This document shows positions 35,023 through 42,104 of a DNA stretch of 48,245 bases, in pieces. Numbering within the stretch: the first letter of the stretch is position 1; each line of letters opens with the position of its first letter. Where the stretch lies: contig JAFGCL010000066.1 of NCBI GenBank assembly GCA_016932645.1, forward strand, positions 1 to 48,245. The letters are read 5' to 3'. Origin of the DNA: Dehalococcoidia bacterium. GTDB lineage: Bacteria; Chloroflexota; Dehalococcoidia; UBA2247; RBG-13-53-26. Made by a program: the position numbers and the translations under genes. The notes under the pieces are model-generated. The model made no database searches, was not told the origin of the DNA, and saw only the letters and a list, made by a program, of their open reading frames with translations.

Positions 35023-35622
35023 ATGCGGCAGTGGATTGTGCGCCGGCGGGCGATCGGGAAGGCTCGCACGCTGACCAGAAGACTGTCAAGCCAGAGCAAG
35101 CCGGTGCAACTGGAATTGGGTTCAACTACGCCCCGAGAGGGGTGGATCACCATCGATTTCGCCAGAGGCGCTGACCTGATTCTAGATCTCTCCAAACGGC
35201 TGCCGTTTCCGGATGGTTTGGTGGACAGACTCTACTCCTCGCACGCTCTGGACCATTTGTGCTACGAAGACGCTGTGGGCCTGCTCAAAGAGTCATACCG
35301 CATTCTCAAGGATGGTGGTACTCTCGACCTTTGTGTACCGGATGCCGCCTTCTACCTGAAAGCATACTGCGGCGGCCAGCCATTTGATGTCAAGAGATTC
35401 TGTGTCTATGAGTTCGCCCTGCACTACCATTCGAGAATAGATCTGGTGAACTACATAGCCTTCATGGGAGGGATGCACAAGTACATGTATGACAGGGAGA
35501 ACCTGGTGGCCCTGTTGAGGAGCATCGGGTTTCAAGAGGTGACGCTGAGGAGTTTCGACAGCGTGCTGGATCTGCAGCAACCTGACGACCATGAATGCAT
35601 CTACGCTCTGGCTGTGAAGTAG
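35023..35622 (+). CDS. small class I SAM-dependent methyltransferase (type 11-like)
   Basis: VQLELGSTTPREGWITIDF (degenerate motif I plus the GW-I-x-ID pattern), LYSSHALDHL and ILKDGGTLDL. The start is set at the internal ATG 35023. The track start 34867 would leave only 9 nt to the divergent gene. Confidence 0.65.
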   Translation: MRQWIVRRRAIGKARTLTRRLSSQSKPVQLELGSTTPREGWITIDFARGADLILDLSKRLPFPDGLVDRLYSSHALDHLCYEDAVGLLKESYRILKDGGTLDLCVPDAAFYLKAYCGGQPFDVKRFCVYEFALHYHSRIDLVNYIAFMGGMHKYMYDRENLVALLRSIGFQEVTLRSFDSVLDLQQPDDHECIYALAVK

Positions 35623-35749
35623 CGGAATTGCCCCTGCACCTATGCCATCCATGGACAGCGCGAACCCCTGTGCCTTCCCCCATCATCTCCATAGATGTGC
35701 CGGGGCCGACGCAGCCTCGACGCGAAGCCATCTGCACTCATGTCGGTCT

Positions 35750-35798
35750 CACAATAGAAAGAGGCCCCGAGTGCGGCTCGCCAGTCACTCGAGGCCTC
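35750..35798 (-). terminator. intrinsic terminator for the 1070-aa repeat protein gene
   Basis: Hairpin GAGGCC-c-CGAGTG / CACTCG-a-GGCCTC (12 bp plus 1 mismatch, 12-nt loop) at 35761-35798. On the minus strand it is followed by UUUCUAUUGU. It lies 46 nt after the stop. Confidence 0.5.
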
Positions 35799-35844
35799 CG
35801 TAGGAGTGGTCACGGATACCGGACCGGGACTTCGATTCGGAGCA

Positions 35845-38800
35845 CTATGTCAGTGTGATGCCTCCCTGCCAATCGGTGGCCTGCAGCATGAAGAATGTGC
35901 TGCGCTTTCCTGTGAGAGTACCATTGGGACCAGTCGTCGTTGCTGCCAGTTCGTCCATCGTCATGGCCAGCAATTGGCTCTGATACCCGGAATAGTTGCT
36001 GTAGTAGAGGATGTCGTAGTAGCTTTCGTTGTACCATCCTACTGCCCACATGGTAAGACGGACAGTGGCAGCGCCAGCGGCGACACCTTCCGGAACAGTC
36101 AGGCTGATAGTACGGTTGGTGGTCTGACCGTCGACGAGGTCGATGATCTGGTTGACCTTCCATACGGTACCGGCAGAGTCCTTCAGTTCCATCTGGATGC
36201 CGAAGACCCGGTGCGAGTAGCGGTCGGTGCGGCGGCGCGTCTGGTAGTTAATGGTCATCGTGTCGCCAGGCGCAAACGTACCGCTCGGCGATGAAGTCAC
36301 CGAGTCGATGTTGAACCAGTACACGAACCCGCCGGCATCGAAGTAGGTGGTATACCCGACGAAGTTGTCCGGGTAGTGCGCATTGTAGTAGTCTGCGTAG
36401 TCCTGCATGGCCTGTTCATATCCTTCGCGGCCCAGATTGAATCGAGAACCGTATGGATCGGAGGCTTCATAGGTCTTGGGCAATTCGTCGCAGGACAGAG
36501 TGCATGTGAAGTACCGGCCCTCATTGATGACTACCGCCAGAGCGTTGGCAGTGTAGGCCAGCGAGTAGTCAATACCATCGGCGTAGCTGCCGCCACCCCA
36601 CCGGTAGTGTTCTATCTCTACCACATCAAGCTGAGAGACAACCTGTGCCCATGCGGTAGCGCAAACAGCGCCGCCCCATCGAGGGTCACAGAACATGGCA
36701 ACAGTCAACTCCTGGCTGTCTATCGTCTCTGTACCGTCAACCGTGAAACCTCTCATGGTCTGCATTGTGGCGTAGACGCCTTCAAGGAACACACGGTGCT
36801 GCTCCGTCGTTGAGCCGCTTGAAGGCTCCAGGTCGAACTGCAGGCCAGTGAATCTCGCTGTCGGGTTATCCTTGTTCCAGTTCAGAACGGCGTCGAAGAA
36901 CTCATGCCAGGTATGGCCATCTGTGTCGTCATCCCACCCGGTATGGTTGCTGTTCCAGCAGGCCCAGACCTGGATGCCGGCAGCATTGAACGCGGCTATC
37001 CCTGTTGCCACGCTGGATTGTTCGTCACTGAGCTTGGCAAACACGGTGGCATCAACATTGATCTCCACGGTGTTAATGCCGAAGTCCTGGCAGCCCTTGA
37101 TGAGGTGAGCCCTGTCGGAGGTGTTGGTGAGGTAGCGCCAGGCCACCCCGTATGTGAGCAGGGAGTTGACATAACCTGGGTTCCTGGGGCCGGAGGCTGA
37201 GGATGCAGTGGTAACCTGGTCGTAACTGCTAGCACTGCCGCCGGAACCGTCCCTGGCAGTAACGACGCAACGCCAAGTCTGCCCTTCTCCTGTGTAGCCT
37301 GCGTCCACGGTATCGCCGGTCAACTCAGACTGCAGGACGCTGTTCTTGTACCAGGCGTAGGTGTAGGTTATGGCGTCCCCATCTGCGTCCGAGCTGGGGG
37401 TTGTGATAGAGCACAGCAGGTTGTCTGCTTCAACCGGATCGTCCGGCGTAACGTCTACTGCCGGAGCGGTCGGTGAACTGTTGTGGATGGTGACCTCATC
37501 AAATCCCTCGGCGATGGCGCCTGTGCCGTCGCTCGCGGTGAGGACGCACTTCCAGGTCTCCCCTTTGGTGGTGTAGCTGGAGCTGACAGTATTGCCGGTC
37601 AAGCCGGTCTGGAGAACGCCGTTCTTGTACCAGGCGTAGGTGTAGGTTATGGTGTCTCCGTCTGCGTCTGAACTCGGCACGTTCGCAGAGCACACCAGGT
37701 TGCTAGTGGTAACTGGCAGATCCGGAGTGATATCCGCCACGGGAGCAGTGGGCGTGCTATTGTAGATGGTGACGTCATCGAAGCTACCGGCGCTGCCGCC
37801 TGCCCCGTCAGTGACGGTGACGATGCACTCCCACAGCTCTCCTTTGGTGGTGTAGCTGGCATCTACGGTGTTGCTGGTCAGATGAGTCTGCACAACGCCG
37901 TTCTTGTACCAGAGATACGTGTATGTCAAAGCATCCCCGTCTTCATCAGAGCTGGGGACCACGATAGAACACAACAGACTGTCGACGGTGGTCGGCAGGT
38001 CCGGAGAAATGGCAACCACTGGAGCAGTTGGAGGGTTGTTGCTGCCGGATATGGTGACCTCGTCGAAACTACCGGCGCTGCCGCCTGCGGCATCGGCAAC
38101 GGTGACGACGCACTTCCATGCTTCTCCTCTGGCTGTGTAGCCGGAGTCAACTGTGTTCCCGGTCAAGTTGGTCTGCAGGGCATCATCCTTGTACCAGGCA
38201 TACGTGTAAGTCAGGGAATCCCCGTCCGGATCTGAGCTGGGGACCACGATAGAGCACAGCAGGCTATCTGTGGTTGCCGGCTGGTCTGGAGTGATGTCCA
38301 CCACCGGAGCCGTGGGCGGTTCATTCTGGACTGTAACCTCATCGAAGCCGGCGCTGCTGTCTGTGCCATCACTGGCTGTGACGAGGCATTTCCAGGTCTG
38401 CCCCTTGGCTGTGTAGCCGGCGTCTACGGCACTGCCGACGAACTGGGGTTGCAGGACCCCATCTTTGTACCAGGCGAAGGTGTAGGCTATGTTGTCTCCA
38501 TCGGCATCTGAACTTGTAGACGCAATCGAGCCCACCAGGCCGTCTCCGGAAACCGGCAACTCCGGGGCGATATCTACGACAGGAGCTGTCGGCGGGCTGT
38601 TCTGTATCGTAACCTCATCTGACTGGGTGGCAGTCCTGTTGCGGCTGCCCCTGCTGACGACCTTGGTGGTGACAACGCACTTCCAGGTTTCCCCCTTGGC
38701 TGTGTAGCTGGCGTCGATCGTATTACCGGTCAACCCGGTCTGCAGAACGCCGTTCTTGTACCAGGCATAGGAGGCCGTGGTTCGGGTACGGGAAGTTAAG

Positions 38801-39057
38801 GTGTTGTTGATGGAGCATATCAAGTCGTCGGTAGAAACGGGCCAGTTTGGCGTTATGTCCACTGCCGAGACTGTGGTTGTTTCCTTTTGTGTTTTAGCTG
38901 ACACCGCGTCAGGACTGGACGAGTCGCCTCCGCTGTAGACGACAAGGCCTATCGTAAGCGGGAGCAGCATCGCAACGACAAGCCCGAGGGCCAGAAGCCC
39001 AAGGGGCCGCCTGCTCTTCCGCTGACCTTCCCTTCGTACATTCGCATTGTGTTTCAT
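35845..39057 (-). CDS. secreted/membrane-anchored repeat protein: 6 x ~93-aa Cys-pair/DxDGD repeats plus a ~450-aa C-terminal domain (paralogue of 15700..18261)
   Basis: 1070-aa ORF with GGGAGG 7 nt upstream of the ATG. A basic N-terminus is followed by LGLLALGLVVAMLLPLTIGLVV. Six tandem units are followed by a C-terminal domain homologous to the 853-aa protein. Confidence 0.92.
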   Translation of the reverse strand: MKHNANVRREGQRKSRRPLGLLALGLVVAMLLPLTIGLVVYSGGDSSSPDAVSAKTQKETTTVSAVDITPNWPVSTDDLICSINNTLTSRTRTTASYAWYKNGVLQTGLTGNTIDASYTAKGETWKCVVTTKVVSRGSRNRTATQSDEVTIQNSPPTAPVVDIAPELPVSGDGLVGSIASTSSDADGDNIAYTFAWYKDGVLQPQFVGSAVDAGYTAKGQTWKCLVTASDGTDSSAGFDEVTVQNEPPTAPVVDITPDQPATTDSLLCSIVVPSSDPDGDSLTYTYAWYKDDALQTNLTGNTVDSGYTARGEAWKCVVTVADAAGGSAGSFDEVTISGSNNPPTAPVVAISPDLPTTVDSLLCSIVVPSSDEDGDALTYTYLWYKNGVVQTHLTSNTVDASYTTKGELWECIVTVTDGAGGSAGSFDDVTIYNSTPTAPVADITPDLPVTTSNLVCSANVPSSDADGDTITYTYAWYKNGVLQTGLTGNTVSSSYTTKGETWKCVLTASDGTGAIAEGFDEVTIHNSSPTAPAVDVTPDDPVEADNLLCSITTPSSDADGDAITYTYAWYKNSVLQSELTGDTVDAGYTGEGQTWRCVVTARDGSGGSASSYDQVTTASSASGPRNPGYVNSLLTYGVAWRYLTNTSDRAHLIKGCQDFGINTVEINVDATVFAKLSDEQSSVATGIAAFNAAGIQVWACWNSNHTGWDDDTDGHTWHEFFDAVLNWNKDNPTARFTGLQFDLEPSSGSTTEQHRVFLEGVYATMQTMRGFTVDGTETIDSQELTVAMFCDPRWGGAVCATAWAQVVSQLDVVEIEHYRWGGGSYADGIDYSLAYTANALAVVINEGRYFTCTLSCDELPKTYEASDPYGSRFNLGREGYEQAMQDYADYYNAHYPDNFVGYTTYFDAGGFVYWFNIDSVTSSPSGTFAPGDTMTINYQTRRRTDRYSHRVFGIQMELKDSAGTVWKVNQIIDLVDGQTTNRTISLTVPEGVAAGAATVRLTMWAVGWYNESYYDILYYSNYSGYQSQLLAMTMDELAATTTGPNGTLTGKRSTFFMLQATDWQGGITLT
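37210..38874 (-). repeat. 6 tandem coding repeats (~280 bp / 92-95 aa each)
   Basis: Linker (P/T/S)PTAP occurs at residues 155, 247, 342, 435 and 529. Consensus: PPTAPVVDI-PD-P...LLCSI..PSSD-DGD..TYTYAWYK(N/D)GVLQ..LTGNTVD..YT.KGETWKCVVT..DG.GGSAGSFDEVTI. The first unit is degenerate. Confidence 0.92.
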
Positions 39058-39071
39058 GATCTGACCTCCCC

Positions 39072-39114
39072 AAAAAAGAACTACTCTTTGGCGTCAGCCG
39101 CCAGAGAGTAGTTC
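39072..39114 (-). terminator. strong intrinsic terminator (riboswitch expression platform, copy 2)
   Basis: The minus strand reads GAACUACUCUCUGGCG-GCUGA-CGCCAAAGAGUAGUUC (16-position stem, 1 mismatch) followed by UUUUUU, then the GGGAGG Shine-Dalgarno and the AUG. Confidence 0.7.
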
Positions 39115-39130
39115 TCCCTACTTCTCTTGT

Positions 39131-39217
39131 AGGCGGCAGCCCGACCATCATCGCCTCTTCGGCCTTAGACTCGTGGCTTTGCGCCCCCGTCTTTCGGCGG
39201 GTTAGCCCTTTTCGCCC
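39131..39217 (-). promoter_or_regulatory. c-di-GMP-I (GEMM-I) riboswitch aptamer, copy 2
   Basis: The minus strand reads GGGCGAAAAGGGCUAACCCGCCGAAAGACGGGGGCGCAAAGCCACGAGUCUAAGGCCGAAGAGGCGAUGAUGGUCGGGCUGCCGCCU. It is 87 nt long, aligns without gaps to copy 1 (72/87 identical), and the second helix shows pairing-preserving substitutions. Confidence 0.75.
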
Positions 39218-39375
39218 TTATGCTGTTAAGTCTGGATCGATGTACCAGTGAAAGCTGTAGTGTTCCTGTTCTCTATCCCTGCAGTGTCTCCTCTCGGGCG
39301 GCAGCTCTGTATGCCAGGTCTGCCATTGCGGCCATCGGCCGCAGAACGAACTAGTGAGCCAAGCTCATGGACTTG

Positions 39376-39613
39376 TCACAGGAGTTCTTGCCATAGATCA
39401 CAGATGTGTCACAGAAGTGTGAGGTCATCTCACAGAATCTTGGCTGAAAACGTCCTTTGCGGTGAGGGTGGTGTGACCCTGGAGTATCCACGTTGCTGAC
39501 TCTCTCTGCTATATGGGGAGGTGCTGTAGTCGTACTAGTCTTGCTTTATCCTCTGCAAAGCCTATCACAGTGGCCTCACAACTGTGTCTCAGAGGGGGCA
39601 GTTGCCGTCACAG
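39376..39613. promoter_or_regulatory. cluster of TCACAG motifs including a TGTGA-N7-TCACA palindrome (candidate transcription-factor binding array)
   Basis: Exact TCACAG on the plus strand at 39376, 39398, 39409, 39430, 39565 and 39608, plus TCACAA at 39576. Start-to-start spacings within the sub-clusters are 22, 11, 21 and 11, 32 nt. A palindrome TGTGA(39418-39422)-N7-TCACA(39430-39434) is present. Confidence 0.3.
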
Positions 39614-39981
39614 ACTTTTCCTTTGTATGGGAGTCATGCGCTGGACGTTTGGTTCTGGCGAGGGTTATGCGACTTGGATGGCGACACTGCTGTGCATCGC
39701 ATTGCGGTCAGCCATGGAGGCGAATGGGACCCCGGCGAGGGCGTTGATCTGCCTCTCGATCAAGTGGGGGCAGCGGCCCCACCGGTATCTCGTGCAATCT
39801 CCCCTGCTGCTATCTACAGGGGAACCGGAGTGCAATCATCTGTTCAAGGCCGGAGGTCATTCATCTCCGGCGGAAGGCGACCTTGCAGCCCGCACGTGAA
39901 GTGGAGGCGAATGCCCCGTGGGTCCAGGACATCTGATATGCTATATGGCGGATTTCCAGTGTAACGGGAGGTATTTCGGAC

Positions 39982-41247
39982 ATGGATACCGTGCACGTTC
40001 TATATCTGGTTCTGGCTCTGACATGCGTGATGGCGTCTGCGTTCTTCTCCAGTTCAGAGACTGCTTTCATATCCCTGCAGAAGATCAGGGTGAAGCACAT
40101 GGAGAGTCAAGGGGAGGAGAAAGCGAGCAGAATAGCCAAGCTACTAGAGAGGCCGGAGAAGTTCATCACCACCGTTCTGCTGGGCAATAACTTCGTCAAC
40201 ACGGCCGCGGCGGCTCTGGGTACGGCAGTCGTCCTGTCTTTGTGGACAGGCAGTGAAGAGGTAGCTGTCCTGCTTTCAACGTTGATTGTGACCGTCGTCC
40301 TTCTTGTAGTCGGTGAGGTCATGCCCAAGATTGCCGCGGCACAGCATAGCGAGAGAGTAGCTCTGCTATTTGTAACGCCGGTTTCATTTCTCTCCCGGGT
40401 ATTGGCTCCAGCCACGGCAGTCCTGGGTTGGATCGGCACCAGCTTCAGCAAGCTGATAGGAGGAACGCCGACACGGAGAACTCTGGTCACAGAGGAAGAG
40501 ATACGCACCATGATCATCGTGGGCAGGGATGAGGGCGTGGTGGCTGAGGCTGAGGCCAAGATGCTGGACAAGGTATTCGAATTCGGCGACGCGCCGGTTC
40601 GGGAGGCGATGATACCGAGACCGGACGTGGTCTGGGTGGAGAAAGGAACTGCGCTGGCGGATTTCCTGACGGTCTATTCGGATCATCCCCACACCCGTTT
40701 CCCCGTATACGAAGACAGTCCAGACAACGCAGTAGGCGTACTTTCGATTAAAGACGTGCTCTTGGCCCAAACGAAGGGCGAAGCTGATGGGAACACCCCC
40801 ATCGACAAGTTGACTCGACCGATTGTCTTCACCCCTGAAACGAAGCACATAGGCAGCTTATTCAGAGAAATGCAGGCTGGCGGCAACCAGATGGCAGTGG
40901 TGGTTGATGAGTACGGTGGCATTGCCGGCATAGTGACTCTGAGAGAACTGCTGGCGCAGTTGGTTGGACGCTTCGGCGATGAATTCGCCAGGGAGTCCCA
41001 GGAGTTCCAGGCTATTGACGAGCATACCTATGAGATAGATGGGAGTATGCGCGTTGAGGAAGTGAATGAGGAAATGGGGATGAACTTGCCGACCGGGGAC
41101 TACGAGACCATAGCGGGCTTGGTGTTGAACCGGCTGGGACATCTGCCGAAGGAGGGAGAGCAATTCAGGTACCACGATCTGAAGTTCACGGTCAAGGAAA
41201 TGAGGAACCTGAGAATTGAGAAGCTCCGTATCACCAGGGAACGGTAA
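39982..41247 (+). CDS. CNNM/CorC-type transporter (DUF21 - CBS pair - CorC_HlyC; hemolysin family protein)
   Basis: 421 aa. The N-terminal four-helix DUF21-like region contains SSSETAF. It is followed by a CBS pair (VREAMIPRPDV..., LSIKDVL) and a C-terminal CorC/HlyC-like domain (GDYETIAGLVLNRLGHLPKEGE). GGGAGG lies 9 nt upstream of the ATG. Confidence 0.9.
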   Translation: MDTVHVLYLVLALTCVMASAFFSSSETAFISLQKIRVKHMESQGEEKASRIAKLLERPEKFITTVLLGNNFVNTAAAALGTAVVLSLWTGSEEVAVLLSTLIVTVVLLVVGEVMPKIAAAQHSERVALLFVTPVSFLSRVLAPATAVLGWIGTSFSKLIGGTPTRRTLVTEEEIRTMIIVGRDEGVVAEAEAKMLDKVFEFGDAPVREAMIPRPDVVWVEKGTALADFLTVYSDHPHTRFPVYEDSPDNAVGVLSIKDVLLAQTKGEADGNTPIDKLTRPIVFTPETKHIGSLFREMQAGGNQMAVVVDEYGGIAGIVTLRELLAQLVGRFGDEFARESQEFQAIDEHTYEIDGSMRVEEVNEEMGMNLPTGDYETIAGLVLNRLGHLPKEGEQFRYHDLKFTVKEMRNLRIEKLRITRER

Positions 41248-41286
41248 TAGCGACGTGCTCTTGCCGGATTCTCATCTAGCCGTTGC

Positions 41287-42102
41287 TCATGTCGGAGGCG
41301 CTCCAAGTGCCTGAATCAACCGTTGCAGGAACTCCGCCACCTCTGTCGGAGACCTGAGGAAGTAATGGGCCGCCGTAGTGCGACCGGGCTCTCCAACGTA
41401 GATGGAAACCCCCTCATGCGTGTTCACCACCTTGAACCCGCCTTCATCCGTCAGGTCATCTCCGAGGAATATGGCCAGACTGGCGTTGCCGCCCGTGGAC
41501 GAGATCCAACCGCTCATCAGCAGGACGATGGCATCTTCCTTGTCCCAAAGCACACCCGGTCGTATCTCGTAGACCTTCTTACCTTCGGTGGTTCTGATCT
41601 TGCCCTCGGAGCGGAGCCTGCTGACAGTCTCTTCGCAGATTCTCTTCAGTTCATCCACCCTGTCTTCTCTGACCAGTCGGTAGTGGACCGTCAGCGTGAT
41701 CCCCTTGTCTTCGACCAGAGCCCCCTCAAAGCCGGCCAGAACCTCACTCAGACTCGAGTGCAGGCGGCGGATAACAGGTCTTAGAGACTCTGCCGGAGGA
41801 TAGACGAACTTGAGCCATGGCCCCTCTATTTCTATTCCATGGTTTCCGGCATAGGTTACTCCACGTATTCCCACTCTGTTCCTGATGTCACTGAGAGCCC
41901 TCCCGCTGACCACCGCCACACCCACTCGTTCATGGGACACAAGTGCCTCTACTGCCCGCCTGGTGTCTTCTGGAAGCGCGGCCTCTCCCGGCCTGCCCAC
42001 AATGGGTGACAGAGTACCATCGAAGTCAGTCAGGAGCAGGATCTGCCTAGCCGTCTTGATGCGCTCCCCGATCCCTTGCCACGCGGAGAAGAGGTGCTCC
42101 AT
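41287..42102 (-). CDS. otsB: trehalose-6-phosphate phosphatase (HAD superfamily)
   Basis: HAD motif I LLTDFDGTL, then VVSGR and GDDLTDE, placed 2 nt downstream of otsA. Confidence 0.85.
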   Translation of the reverse strand: MEHLFSAWQGIGERIKTARQILLLTDFDGTLSPIVGRPGEAALPEDTRRAVEALVSHERVGVAVVSGRALSDIRNRVGIRGVTYAGNHGIEIEGPWLKFVYPPAESLRPVIRRLHSSLSEVLAGFEGALVEDKGITLTVHYRLVREDRVDELKRICEETVSRLRSEGKIRTTEGKKVYEIRPGVLWDKEDAIVLLMSGWISSTGGNASLAIFLGDDLTDEGGFKVVNTHEGVSIYVGEPGRTTAAHYFLRSPTEVAEFLQRLIQALGAPPT

Positions 42103-42104
42103 TC

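Noticed and set aside
37370-37576. Recurrent ~67-aa antisense ORFs beginning M(A/L/T)SPSASEL (also 38489..38707, 16011..16214, 16572..16778)
   Set aside because: They recur only because they lie antisense to the tandem coding repeats. The sense frame is the one with conserved Cys, DxDGD and WYK motifs.
39248-39964. Four overlapping 83-128-aa plus-strand ORFs in the 920-bp gap between the repeat-protein gene and the CNNM gene
   Set aside because: They have no Shine-Dalgarno at their starts, mutually overlapping frames and Arg/Gly/Cys-rich compositions. The region is better explained by the riboswitch, the motif array and the structured leader. Only the two short SD-preceded mini-ORFs were kept as a hypothesis.
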